Below, one piece after another: positions 1 through 13,911 of a DNA stretch of 64,000 nt (the stretch's first letter is position 1; each line of letters opens with the position of its first letter). Both the position numbers and the translations under genes were made by a program. The notes beneath the pieces are model-generated. The model saw only the letters and a program-made list of their open reading frames with translations, was not told where the DNA came from and did no database searches. This DNA comes from Octopus vulgaris (lineage: Eukaryota). The stretch covers positions 46,314,001 through 46,378,000 of the forward strand of contig OX597816.1 of the NCBI GenBank assembly GCA_951406725.2. Direction: 5' to 3'.

Positions 1-1560
1 GTATAGCCACCGTCCTATTATCGCCTGACTATCGTACCCTGCCCCAGTTCACGTTTGACCGAACTGAAGCGCGAACTGACCAGGTTTCTGCAGAAGGAAA
101 ACGTTCTGTTCAGGCGATCTATGTTGTTATCTACATCCACTCAATGGAAGATTGGGCATGCTATAGATGACGATGCGCAGACATGCGCTGAGGCTGCGAC
201 ATCTCTAAGCATTTCCTTGGCGGTGAGTATATATGGTCGCCGTTTGTCAGACTCGCTTTTCCTTAGCTCATCTCTTTGACTGGGCTGCTGTCCTGGATCA
301 GGCGTAGACCAAGGCAGGGCGCCTAGCACCTAAAATACCACCAGGCGCCTACAACCCTCTGCCTGTCGAGCAATACGGTCAGTGGAAGTTACGCTGACGT
401 TATACAGAGGTTTAGTGGTGGGCAAGAGCACCGATTTTCTCGGGTAGACTCTGGGCATCAATGAGAATCAACTGGCTGGCCTGATCTGGAGGACTTTCAG
501 TCCGGAGCACATGGGTAAGTTTTAGAAATCTCTGACCTGTCAGTACTTCCGGATGACATTGCCGGTTCAAGATAAACTCCATAGGCATAGAAGTGCTGTC
601 ACTCGGACCTGCCCAACATGCTCATAGAGCGATGAAACTGTTCGGCACGCATTCATCCAATGCTCGAGCGTTGCTGATTTGTGGAATTATGCCAAACGTC
701 TTGGAGGCGCAATGGCCCAGTGGTTAGGACAGCCGACTCACAGTCAGAGGATCGCGGTTTCGATTCCCAGACCGGGCGTTGTGTGTGTTTATTGAGCGAA
801 AACACCTAAAGCTCCACGAGGCTCCGGCAGGGGGTGGTAGCGACTCCTGTTTCTCAACTTTCTCTCACTCTTTCTTGTTTCTTGGGTAACGCTGCGATGA
901 ACTGGCGTCCCTTCCAGCTGGGGGGAACACATACGCCACAGGAGCCGGGAAACCGGGCCTATGAGTCTGGCTAGGCTTGAAAAGGGCGCATAAATAAATA
1001 ATGCCAAATGTCTGCAGTCGTGTGTAGGACGGATTCGGTTATTAGCTGAATCCATTGCGAAGATCGTCCCGCCACCTTCTTTTGGTCGTGAAGTACAGGC
1101 AGTATTTACCCATCTGGTGGCCTTAGCGAAAGAAACTGCGTGTTGGGCAAGACTGAAAGGGTTGAAGATAAACACCTTTCTCTTTGGCCAAGTGTTTCTA
1201 GTTTCAACTGTTTCAAGTTTCACTTGAAAAGGAAAATAAGGTTGGAAAGGTAAGTGCTGTCTTCTAGTAAATTTGTTGAAAGATGGGTGAATATAGCAAG
1301 GATAGTCCGAACTGACCTGATCTGAGCATTCACCTGTAGATTGAGGTGAGGGCGTCCGTGGTTTTGTGGGGTTTCCACGAGAAACCTTCGAAAGTCTCTC
1401 TCGCTGTTGGAGATTCTTTCTTCTTTGAATTTTTTTTGTGTTTCTTTGTTTTTATTATTTTATTGTTTACACACCTTCTTGTAAACCCATATCATGTCAT
1501 ACTGTATCGTACTATACCATCCTTGCTCTTTGCGTAAACCCTTAGTGGTTAGTAAAGAAA
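1..1560 (+). mobile_element. Decayed Tx1/L1-like non-LTR retrotransposon 3' end (ORF2 C-terminal zinc knuckle plus 3' UTR), interrupted by a SINE
   Basis: Manual translation from 541 gives QYFRMTLPVQDKLHRHRSAVTRTCPTCS*SDETVRHAFIQCSSVADLW (CxxC..ETxxHxFxxC zf-RVT-like motif). The frame resumes after the SINE (..AKETACWARLKG..FKFHLKRKIRLER*..FVERW). It has stops and frameshifts and ends in an (atc)n tail. Confidence 0.8.
702..1000 (+). mobile_element. tRNA-derived SINE, head family C (tail type 1)
   Basis: A-box TGGCCCAGTGG, B-box-like GTTTCGATTCC, TAAA tail. 13-bp TSD atgccaaaYgtct at 689-701 and 1001-1013. Confidence 0.9.
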
Positions 1561-3236
1561 TCATCATTATCATCATCATCATCAGTGGCAGTAGTAGTAA
1601 TAATATGCCCTGGTGTAACAAAATCACTAGAACATTGTGTTAAAAGCCATATCAGTTCAAATTTTCCTCTTATTTATATCTGGGCGTCGATACCGACAAG
1701 CACTTTTTTCTAACAAATTTACAACCTTGTGTCGATGTAAAAAGTAAAAGATCATTATTGAAAACGAACGAAAGCGTTCATTTGTTTTGCTTTTTATTTT
1801 GCTTAAAGAAATTACCATAAAAATTTATTACTTATAAATTTATTTGTTTATATTGGAAAGCTCTTGTTTTAGTCCATCTAAAATGGCAGAACTAAGGCTC
1901 CTTGCCAGCAATGTTATTCGAGATGATATAAAACAAGTTCTATCGTCCTAAAGTTATTACTTTCTTCTTAGCTTCGTATGACAGTATCAAAATACACGCT
2001 TATCACTATAACCAAGTTAGATTCAATTGACAAAGATTCAAATTACATCCTTATCACTTGAACTAAGTTTCTTTGACAACGGAAACTTAGCTTTGGCGAT
2101 AAAGATATAATTTACAACTCTGTTTTCTGGGACAAGATGCTGCACTCGCAACGTCGTACTTTCAGAATCAATATTGCAGTCTCGAAACCACAGAAGGCTG
2201 GATCAATAAATGCTAGAGTACTGAAAAATAATTAAAAGAGTGTTTCGTATCCAAGCACATTCTATGCGTTGTGTATATAACCAAGACTTCCAGGTTTCAA
2301 TGATACAGAGTTCATTTACTTCTATGTAGACAGTGAGAGTACCGTAAAACGGAATATTGTATCGTTTGTTTAAGGTATGAGTTCAATTTCTCCAGTGAGA
2401 CTGAAGAGAACTACGAGAGTCTTCTTAAGTGTACTTTCTCAATTATTGAATTTCTACACGAAGATTAGTTATTTAGTTACGATCAAGTTAGATCATTTGC
2501 TGTCACTAATATGGTCCCAGACTCTTCTCCTCGAAACCAATTTGATCTGGAGTAGGTTAAGGCGAAGTGTGGAACAGAAAGAGGGAGAAAAAAAAATAAA
2601 GAGAAAAAAATGAGAAAGAAAAAGAGAGAGAGAGAAGCGTCCATGTCATGATGTAGGGCGAACCTAATAATTATTACGTGGTTTAAAAAGTTAGCTGAAG
2701 GTAGAGGAGGCGAGTTAAAAATATAATTTTAGCAGAGGGGTGATGTTGCGATGGTGAGGTTAAGAAAAGGCAGAAAGAGAGAGTGAGGATGGAGAAAGAT
2801 GATGATGGTGGTGGTGGTGGTGATTGCGTAGTGAAAAGTGTATTTTTTAAAAAATTGAACTAACTTTTTTATATCACCTGTCACTTAACGCATGTGTATA
2901 AGGGCAATTCCGTGAAATATTCACGCTTATTTACGTGGCAAGTATATGCAATTTAACTAAAGGTTGTATCGTATGTACGGGATATTTTTCTTATGGGAAA
3001 AATGGAAAAATAAGAGTGAGTATTTTATGAGTGCTGTATATTACGTCTATAAAAGTATATAAAGTGCATTAAGTAATCCTTGTATTCCAATTTCTTTCAC
3101 TTTTCAATGAGTAGCAGATGCGCAACTCTTTCCATACAAACGCAACACAGGCTACGCTTTCAGGAATTTTGGATAAAGCTTTCAGAAATAACCATTAATT
3201 ACTATTAATTCTGTGAAATATTCACGGGTCCCGCTA

Positions 3237-5200
3237 ATTATTATTTGTTATTATTATTCAGTAGTCTTATTTTTATCACGTGCTTTCACTGCACTACCGG
3301 GCGCAGCTCTGTGTGCTGTAGTTTGTTGTGGTGCTCTTATTTTCATTGTATTGAAAGTGTTTTACGTAGCATGTGTGCGGTGCCCAGTAGTGTTATTTTA
3401 TGTATGTTATATATACTTGTTAGTCCTGGTGTTTTTATTATGTACTAGCAGTATCGCCCGGTGTTGCTCGGGTTTGTAAGGGAAATAACTATAAGCATTT
3501 TTAGAGATGTAAAGTATAATAGCCATCTCAATATGGTTAACCACAAAGTGGGGGTGTTACTGTAGCTTTTTACGTTCTGAAATTTAATAATAAATTTTTA
3601 GAGAGTTGCTTCCCTTATATATGCCAAAAATGCATTAAAAATGGGAAAAATTGATGGTAATTTTTTTTTAAATCGTAGACTCATCGTAGACGCGCTAATA
3701 CCCAGAAGGGCTCGATATGAATCACGACTATAAGATACCCGGTTTTGGTTAAACTGCACCGCAAAATGTGGGAGTAGTTAGGAACCTAAATCGTAGGAGA
3801 CAGACAGCATACAACCTCACTTTTATTTATAAAGATTTGTCTGAATGGTTTTTTTTATCATACCTAATGCGCCTACTATAATAGGAATTATTTCTGTTTT
3901 TAGGCTTCACATTCGAGTTACTTCTATTTCCAGATCTTTGTATTTTGAAAGTTTCTCCGTTTCTTTTAGATAAACGTTGTCATCTGGAGGTATTGATACA
4001 TCGATTAGAAAGCATTTTTTTCCTTGATGATCTCTGACAACTATATTCGGCATTTTAACCTTGACTTTCCTTAGCATATCACAGAATTCGGTTGCTTTCT
4101 CATTTTCTGTGACATTTTCTGGGGCGTGCCTATACCATCTTTTTTCTGTTGTGATTCCATAATGTTGGCATAGCTTCCAGTGTATATAGGTCCTAAATCT
4201 GTCGTGTCTGTGAATTTATTCTTTCTTAGCAACCAGAGAAATATGATTTATTGTTTCTTGTCCATCACTACATATTCTGCAGTTACTTGTATTTGTTTTC
4301 AGTATGTGTTTTTGGTGATTTCTGGTGGGAAGGCTTTGATCTTGTGCTACAATTAAAAATCCCTCAGTATCTGCCTTGGGTCCTGAGTTTCTTAACCATT
4401 GTTGGGATTTTGTTTTGTCTATTTCTTTTCTGTTTAGCTTAACCTAATATTTGCCATGTAAGGGCTTTTCTTGCCATCGTTTTATCATGATCCATTGCTG
4501 TTCCAGTTTTAGTTTGGATTTCAGTTGTTTTACAGCTTTTGTTGTTTCTTCTTTTCTTTCATAGTTGTAAGGTACTATGACTTCTTTGTATTTGTCAGCT
4601 TCCCAAAAGACAGAAAACAGTTTTTTTTTGCTTTGTTCGTGTTTTATGACTATTTGTATTAGTTTTCTTTACTTCTGAAGTAGATATTTCTGTAATCCTA
4701 TGGTGTTTTTTTGCAATAGTTTTCTAGCTGTATAAGGCCTCTACCACCTTCGACACGTTGTATATATAACCTTTCTATGTCAGATTTTGGGTAGAGCATC
4801 CTAAATCCTGTCATTATTTTTCTTGCTTTCCTGTCTATTTTGATTAGTTCATTTAAAATCCAGTTAAGAATATTGTAGCTGTAACTTTTAACTGGGACGG
4901 CTAGAGTGTTAATACCTATTATCTTGTTTTTTGCATTGAGCTCTGTTTTCGGTATTAATCTAACTCGTCTATAGTATGCCTTTCCTTATCTCTCTTTCAT
5001 TTGTGTGTTGTATCGTATCTAGTTCATTGATTCCTAAATATTTGTATATCCGGCATTGGTCTAATTCTCTTATTTCCTTTGTTTTATCTAGTGTGATGTT
5101 GTTACTCTTAACTAGTTTTCCTCTTTTCAAGGTTGCTTTGGCACATTTTTCGAAGCCAAATTTAATCTTTATTTCTTTGGTAAATTCATGTAGTCTGTAG
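3237..5200 (-). mobile_element. R4/Dong-like RLE non-LTR retrotransposon, 5'-truncated and decayed, split by a Helitron
   Basis: Minus-strand motifs KFGFEKCAK, KYLGI, DIERLYIQRVEGGRGL, RHDRFRTYIHWKLC, PNIVV..CFLIDVSIPPDDN..KETEKLSKYKDLEIE, IPIIVGALG and LLGTAHMLRKTLSIQ* (stop at 3343-3345). The 3' end runs into TAA repeats. Confidence 0.85.
3445..3835 (-). mobile_element. Non-autonomous Helitron
   Basis: Minus strand starts TC and ends CTAG, with a subterminal CCCGAGCAACACCGGG hairpin. Inserted between host A and T with no TSD. Confidence 0.85.
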
Positions 5201-5203
5201 TAA

Positions 5204-5367
5204 CGTTGTTGTTGTTGTTCTTGTTGTTCTTGTTCTTGTTCTTGTTCTTCTTCTTCCCCTTCTTCCTCCTCCTCCTCTTCTTCTTCCTCCTCCTCCTCTT
5301 CTTCCTCCTCCTCCTCTTCTTCCTCCCCTTCCTCCTCCTTCTCCTCTTCTTCTTCGTCTTCTTCCTC

Positions 5368-5409
<42 letters not shown>

Positions 5410-5432
5410 GTAGTAGTAGTAGTAGTAGTTGT
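5204..5432. repeat. Compound trinucleotide microsatellite (TTG/TTC/CTC/TTA/TAG)
   Basis: Read directly; explains the low-complexity ORFs at 5169-5709. Confidence 0.95.
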
Positions 5433-5670
5433 AGTATCATCTTGTATTGATATCAAATCTTTCTGCATTTCTATGTTATCTTGCGCATTCTTTGTCTTGT
5501 TTGGTGGTGGGGTGATGATGGTGGATCTAGTGATGGGAATATCAGCAGGTGCCTCATGGTTTGGACTATTTCACGATAACACAAAAGGAATTCCATATTT
5601 TGTCCCCTATTTCAATTTGCTACCTCTGGTTTTGGCTAAATTTAATGTGGAATTGATTAAGGCCGTTCCG

Positions 5671-5856
5671 AAGGCGGCGAGCTGGCAGAATTGTTACTGC
5701 GCCGGATAAAATGCTTAGCGGCATTTATTCTGTCTTTACGTTTTGAGTTCAAATTCCGCTGAGATCAGCAATACCTGTCGAAATCTGTGGTCGATATAAT
5801 CTATTAGCCCCCTTCCCACAAAATTCCAGGCCTTGTGCCTGTAGTAGAAAAGGATT
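5671..5856 (+). mobile_element. tRNA-derived SINE family A (internally deleted)
   Basis: Head aaggcggcgagctggcagaa and GAGTTCAAATTCC box, shared with more than 15 copies in the window. Confidence 0.85.
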
Positions 5857-5947
5857 AAAACCGCTCCATTCGCCATTTGTTGACTTCCAGTTCCTTTGCA
5901 AAATGCACGTTCTGTTTAATAAAATATAAAAAATAAAAACATCTCTT

Positions 5948-6125
5948 AGGCGTAGGAGTGCCTGTGTGGTAAGTAGCTTGCTTACTAGCCACATCGTTCT
6001 GGGTTCAGTCCCATTACGTGGCACCTTGGGCAAGTGTCTTCTACTATAGCATCGGGCCGACCAAAGCCTTGTGAGTGGATTTGGTAGACAGAAACTGAAA
6101 GAAGCCCGTTGTATATATGTGTGTG

Positions 6126-6172
<47 letters not shown>

Positions 6173-6366
6173 CTGTGTTTGTACCCCCAACATCGCTTGA
6201 CAACCGATGCTGGTGTGTTTACGTCTCCGTAACTTAGCGGTTCGGCAAAAGAGGCCGATAGAATAAGTACTAGGCTTACAAAGAATAAGTCCTGGGTCGA
6301 TTTGCTTGACTAAAGGCTGTGCTCCAGCATGGCCACAGTCAAATGACTGAAACAAGTAAAAGAATA
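5948..6366 (+). mobile_element. tRNA-derived SINE family B with internal (TA)/(TG) microsatellite
   Basis: Head aggcgtaggagtg..gtggtaag, GGGTTCAGTCCC, CCTTGGGCAAGT, tail ..gactgaaacaagtaaaaga; many copies in the window. Confidence 0.9.
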
Positions 6367-6917
6367 AAGTTGGCACAAGATCGGAAAGATTTAGAGTAGG
6401 GTGTTACTCAATACTGACGATTCCAACTCTTGACTGGTACTTTGTCTTATCGATCTAGGAGGAATCACTGGCAAAGGGGTGACCTCGGCGGTATTCGAAC
6501 TCAGAATGTAAAAAGCCAGAATTCCAATACTCCAAAGATTTTGTCAAACTTTTGCCGTTGCCTCGTAAGAGGTATGGTGTTAAAATGTTGGGTTTATAGA
6601 GATGGCGAAGGTCGGTCCTTAGTCATAGATACTTCTGTAAGTAGATATCTGTTGAGTAAATTAACCTTTAACCCCTGACCTTTGATATTTGACCCACGAC
6701 CAGAGTCAGGCAACAAGTTAGCCAACCAACTTATTAGTCAACATGTCAGCTAACTTTGAAGGATAATTCTAGAGCCAGTTTGAACCTTGAACTTAATCTT
6801 TTTTTTTTTTTGTTGTCTTTATCTTTGCTAGAAATGCTAATGTTGGTGCTTCTGTTGCAGCCGCAACTGATGCTGTTTCGCCCCGGGGTCGATCCTGATT
6901 GAACAGAACTGTGATAA

Positions 6918-7910
6918 TTCTCTCGTTACTTGTTTCAGTCATTTGACTGCGGCCATGCTTGAGCACCACCTTTAGTCGAGCAAATCGACCCCAGGACTTA
7001 TTCTTTGTAATCTTAGTACTTATTCTATCGGTCTCTTTTGCCGAACCGCTAAGTTACGGGGACGCAAACACACCAGCATCGGTTGTCAAGCGATGTTGGG
7101 GGGACAAACACAGACACGCACAAACACACACTACTACTACTCCTCTTCCCTCTCGTCGTTGACATGGAACCAGAGTCCTTCTGTCTTTCTGAACTCAGCC
7201 TTCAACAAGTATAGACGGCATCCTATCCCTTTCTTATGCCGTTTTCTCACGCGTTCAAAATAATTTTTCTTTCGTTCGGCTTAACAGCCCTTAACGTTCG
7301 TATTACTGTTATTCTACTTGTCCTGTCGTTTACTGTTTTTATCTTTATTTGTATTTTTACTGTCCTGTTTTTGTTACCACTTTTACCCCTCCGCAAAAAA
7401 TCTCAAATTTTATTTAATTTGATTTGCGGGAAGGACTGTTTCACCGAAGTCTTGTCTCGCCTTTACCTTCGAAACACGGAGTAGACGAAACGGAGGCGGC
7501 TGAAGAAGGAGATTTTTTACCTTGTGTTGTATGTCTTGTACCCTATCTTTTCGTTGTTTAAAAAAATGTCCGTTTCCATGGTTCTGTTTTTATGTTTTCG
7601 TTTCTCATTGTGTTCGACGTTTTTTTGGTGTCCTGTACCTATATATGCATGTATATATACATATAGATGTAGGTACGTACATATATGTATGTATATATGC
7701 ATATGTTTTATTTATTATTTTGTTATTATATATATATATATATATACGACGGGCTTCTTTCAGTTTCCGTCTACCAAATCCACTCACAAGGCTTTGATCG
7801 GCCCGAGGCTATAGTAGAAGACACTTGCGCAAGGTGCTACGCAGTGGGACTGAACCCGGAACCATGTGGTTGGCAAGCAAGCTACTTACCACACAGCCAC
7901 TCTTGCGCCT
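6918..7910 (-). mobile_element. SINE family B split by a ~600-bp insertion in its internal microsatellite
   Basis: Tail half 6918-7132 and head half 7744-7910 are collinear with the 5948-6366 copy. Confidence 0.8.
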
Positions 7911-7913
7911 ATA

Positions 7914-8170
7914 AAACGTAGCGGCAGACGAAATACCTATTTCTTTACTACCCACAAGGAGCTAAGCACAGAGAGGACAAACAAGGGCAGACAAACGGAT
8001 TAAGTTGATTACATCGACCCCAGTGCGTAACTGGTACTTAATTTATCGACCCAGAAAGGATGAAAGGCAAAGTCGACCTCGGCGGAATTTGAACTCAGAA
8101 CGTAACGGCAGACGAAATACGGCTACGCATTTCGCCCGGCGTGCTAACGTTTCTGCCAGCTCGCCGCCTT
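7914..8170 (-). mobile_element. SINE family A with the start of a second tandem body unit
   Basis: Full head ends at 8170. The tail..aaatag|gtatttcg junction lies at about 7937. Confidence 0.85.
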
Positions 8171-8431
8171 TTAAATGATATTCTATCCGTAATCAGTTGA
8201 TGCTTTAGTGCTTTCCTTCTTTTATTTACCATTTTTTTTCTCAAAGCGGACTAACTACATTTTCCTATGTGTCCATCTTAATCGTTTAAGATGGTAGAGT
8301 GTAATGTGATTGAGGAAGGTTGATCGCCGCCCATAGCAGATTCAGCGACCTCGTAAAGGCTCTCTGGAGGGTGGTGATGTAGGAGTACGGGGGACGAAGG
8401 CGGCGACAGCAGTGGTGGTGATGGTGGTTGT

Positions 8432-8664
8432 GGCGGCGAGCTGGCAGAATCGTTAGCACGCCGGGCGAAATGCTCAGCAGTGTTTCGTCTGTCGCTACGT
8501 TCTGAGTTCAAATTCCGCCGAGTCGACTTTGCCTTTCGTCCTTTCGAGGTCGATAAATTAAGTACCAGTTACGCACTGGGGTCAATATAATCGACTTAAT
8601 CCGTTTGTCTGTCCTTGTTTGTCCTCTCTGTGTTTAGCCCCTTGTGGGTAGTAAAGAAATAGGT
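8432..8664 (+). mobile_element. SINE family A, full length
   Basis: Head, GTCGACTTTGCCTTTC.TCCTTTCG.GGTCGATAAATTAAGTACC central domain and tail ..aaagaaatag; flanked by ggttgtgg. Confidence 0.9.
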
Positions 8665-9124
8665 TGTGGTGGTCATGATGATGATTTGGAAATGGATTAT
8701 TATTTTTTTGTTAGGGTTAGTTATTTCGTTTCCTATATGACTAATGTTACTGTACTCAAAGCACATGTATTGTGGGTGGATGGACGGTTGGAGCTTGTGT
8801 AAGAATCACTGCTGTATAAATGTGTCTAATATAAATAAGATGGAGAAACACAGTGGATAGAATGGGTGGTGGTGATGAGAGTAGAGAAATCTATGGAAGA
8901 GACTAGAAAAGGAGGGAGAAGGAGATAGAAAGAGGAGAGGTATCTGAGAGCGTTGTTAGCTTGTGTGGTGTTCATGCAACGGGCAAACTAATTTATATGT
9001 ATGATGGTGGTGATGAAGGTGGTGTTGGTGATGGTGGTGATGGTGGTGATGTTGGTGGTTGCGGTGGTAGTGGGGATGGTAGTGTAGGTGGTGATGGCTT
9101 TGGTGTTGGTCGTGGGAGTGGTTT

Positions 9125-10560
<1,436 letters not shown>

Positions 10561-10739
10561 ATACGTGCACGCACACATATAATTGCTTATTCGTTGTATT
10601 TGGTAACCATGAACATTTACAGATGCTTATAATAATTTATAAATTTTTGAATTAGTTTGAATTAACCGTCTTGCGAACGGTCACGTGAAACTCTGAGCAA
10701 CGGTTTTTAGTGAAGTTTTTTTTTCGGCTTCAATAAAAC

Positions 10740-10777
<38 letters not shown>

Positions 10778-10920
10778 GGGTGTTGAGGTTGGTAAATGGG
10801 TGTGTGAGTCTGCGTTCAAGAATATTTTTTTCGAATTATGTAAAAATCTGGGTCAAAATCATGATGATGTTAAGTAGTGTGGGGGGGGGGAAAGGAAAAG
10901 AGCATGTGTGTGAAAGAGGG

Positions 10921-10983
<63 letters not shown>

Positions 10984-11696
10984 GCAGACAGAGATGTAGA
11001 GGGAAGAAAGAGAACAACTGGTAATGTGGAAAAGAAAGGTCAGTCAAGATTCTAACGTGAAGCAATTTGCACAAAACTATTAGAGAAAGAGAGAGGGAGG
11101 TAGATAGATAGATAGATGAAGAGAGAGAGAGAGAGAGAGGGAGAGGTGGAGCAAATAATAAGAAAGTCATGTACAGTTGCGGTGATGGCGGTAGTGGTGA
11201 CGTGGTAATGGCTGTACCATGATTGTAGTGGTGGTGGTGGTGGTGATGGTAATGATGAGGATAATGATGCTGGTGGTGGTCGTGGTGGTGGTGGTGGCGG
11301 CGGCGGCGGCGGTGGGGTTTGGTAGTGGTGTGTGCTCGCGATTGGCGGATGTAATTGATGTCATAACGGTCTGAGAAGTTGGAACAATGCCACCGATTGG
11401 TCGAGTGGGAAGTTCTACCCGACAACAACAACAACAACAACAGTAACAACAATATTAGTAATAAAAACAACATCAAGAAAAAAACAAACAAATAATGATT
11501 TCTTTATTAAGTACAAAAGTTTTGCAGCTGTTGTTGTTGTTGGTGGTGGTGGTGGTGGCGCTGGTGCTTAAGAATGTCTGAGAGAGGTCTCCATTAAGAC
11601 AGGCTATTTGTTGTTTCTCTTGGCTGAAAATTATACTTTTAATTTCACTGATATTTGAATAAAAACCGTTAGTAGATACAGAATAAAGGAAAAGGT

Positions 11697-11740
<44 letters not shown>

Positions 11741-11831
11741 AGAAGAATTAGTGGAGAAAGATGAAAAAAGGAATTAAGAAAAAGGTGGAATCACATTTAA
11801 CATACACGGGGTCACAATCATACTTACATAG

Positions 11832-11907
<76 letters not shown>

Positions 11908-11963
11908 GCCCGTCTGTCTGCCTAGCTATCTCATATACATACATACATACATACATACATAAA

Positions 11964-12412
11964 GCTGAACTATTGAGAAATCTTCAGTTACTCTATCCAG
12001 GCTACAAGTTCAAGTATATACCTGTAATTATTGGGACCCTGGGATATGTAACACACTGCCTTTTTACCAATCTTGAGAAATTAGGCTACTCAAAACCAGA
12101 AAGGAGAAAGCTAATTCGAAGACTACAGATCCAATCCATAACTGGAACTGTAAAAATCTTTAAAACTTTCCAGAAGTTTATCATTTAAGCATATATGAGC
12201 ATGTCTAGATATGCAACTGTATGCATGAGAATACATACATAAAACATACAAATCTGTACGTACATATATACGTACCTACATACATACACACACACATACA
12301 TGCAAAAATACCCTGTTGTTGATGTTGAAATTCCAATGAAGGAGCCTTGGATCTAGGTTAGAAACCGGTTCTTTCACTTTGGCAAAAAATCTTGAAATAA
12401 ACTGAATAATAA
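11964..12412 (+). mobile_element. RLE-type (R4-like) non-LTR 3' fragment in (CATA)n, subfamily 1
   Basis: AELLRNLQLLYPGYKFKYIPVIIGTLG..IQSITGTVKIFKTFQKFII* followed by a 3' UTR. CATA repeats on both sides; homologous to 37250-37935. Confidence 0.8.
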
Positions 12413-12460
12413 CATACATACATACATACATACTTACATACATTCATACAAAGTAAACGA

Positions 12461-12789
12461 TAAAGACCCCCTTCGGTCATGAATGAACATGAGATTGCAC
12501 CTTGAAAGTTCCCCTCCGAGGCACAAGTCCGCGCAAGGTTGTTTATGGAAGATAAGCAGCCGCCCGTGCAAACCAGTCTCCCTTCTCCATTCCACCGATG
12601 TTATCCAAAGGAAGGCGAAGGTTGATACAACTTGGCACCAGTGATGTCGCAATTCAGTTCTACAGCTGAGTGAACTGGAGCAACGTGAAAGATAAAGTGT
12701 CTTGCTCAAGAACACAACATACAGCCCGATCTGAGAATCGAACTCATCATCTCATGAGTGTGAGCCCGATGCTCTAACCACTGAGCCAT
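12461..12789 (-). mobile_element. tRNA-derived SINE head family D (tail type 5)
   Basis: TGGCTCAGTGGTTAGAGC head, GAGTTCGATTC, TTGAGCAAGACACTTT; homologous to 38075-38381. Confidence 0.85.
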
Positions 12790-13004
12790 CATATATATGT
12801 ATGTATATATATACATACATGCAGAAAGAGAGAGAGAGAGAGAGATACACGCGCGCATACAGAGAAATTTTGCCAGATAGAACAAGGTTGCTTCGGGCCT
12901 TACCTCGGAAGGGAATCGAGCCTTCTCTCCCCGTCGGAAATACCCTGGGTCCTTCCGTGGATCTTCGAGCCTCCGTCTGATGTGCTTGCTGAACCCCTCT
13001 CTCA

Positions 13005-13240
13005 TAGGCCTTGTACCAGTAATTACTTGTATACTTGAATACGTTAGTAAATATTTAGTGGGAGCATCGAAAAGCTTGTTCTTAGACAAAGAAAACGATC
13101 AGATGACATGCATTTTGCTAACACAGCTTGTAAGCAGAACAGTAAAAATATGCAAGACATTTCGAAGCTTCAACACGTAAATTCTTCACCACTAGTGAAG
13201 TCTGAGAAAATTCTACGAGTTCCGCTAGTAAAAACTGGGT
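13005..13240 (+). mobile_element. Diverged RLE non-LTR 3' fragment
   Basis: LVPVITCILEYVSK..VSRTVKICKTF resembles the C-terminus of the 11964 and 23622 copies. Confidence 0.55.
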
Positions 13241-13301
13241 AACTAGTTATCTATTGTGAAAGTGCAGACGATGACAAGTGGTAGGCAAGAAATAGATAGA
13301 T

Positions 13302-13490
13302 AGCTGGCAGAATCGTTAGCACGCTGGGTAAAATTCTTAGCGGTATTTCGTCTGCCGCTACGTTCTGAGTTCAAATTCCGCCGAGGTCTACTTAGCCTTT
13401 CATCCTTTCGGGGTCGATTAAATAAGTACCAATTACGCACTGGGGTCGATGTAATCGACTTAATCCGTTTGTCTGTCTTTGTTTGTCCTC
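13302..13490 (+). mobile_element. SINE family A, 3'-truncated by a 62-bp duplication
   Basis: Homologous to the other family A copies. Confidence 0.85.
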
Positions 13491-13911
13491 TCCATTAAGA
13501 CAGGCTATTTGTTGTTTCTCTTGGCTGAAAATTATACTTTTAATTTCACTTGGGAACATTTGAACTCAGAACGTTAAATCGCAAATAATTCATTCCATTT
13601 ATTTAGGAATAGATATCAGAATCAAATAGTCTTTCGAATTAGACTATTCCGTTAGCAACACAGTAAATAGGAAGTGTATAAACAGATTGTTAAATACAAG
13701 ATGGTAGAAAGAAAAAGAAAATAGTATTTTTACGCAAAATAGGCCTTCTTAATTTTTTTTTTTTTTTTGCTTCCTTGGACAAATTTAATCCCTGAAGTAT
13801 ACAAAATTTACTGCAGCAGGGAATCCCTAATATAAACAGTCCGATTGAGTACCTAGGCCACTTTAACTGTACTGAAGTTGATGGTTGTCCATGGAAGTTG
13901 AACTGAAGGTA

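Noticed and set aside
702-780. tRNA-like sequences at SINE heads
   Set aside because: They continue into SINE bodies with TSDs and lack a complete acceptor stem, so they are not tRNA genes.
2910-3228. Repeated near-palindrome GTGAAATATTCACG at both ends of a 320-bp segment
   Set aside because: Could be MITE subterminal repeats, but termini and TSD could not be defined.
5169-5709. Long poly-L/F, poly-R/K and poly-N ORFs
   Set aside because: Translation of trinucleotide microsatellites; no coding signal.
7465-7515. GAAAC...GTA...CTGAAGA motif (possible type II hammerhead); similar at 30440-30510 and 19830-19860
   Set aside because: Core words are present, but I could not build consistent stems I-III.
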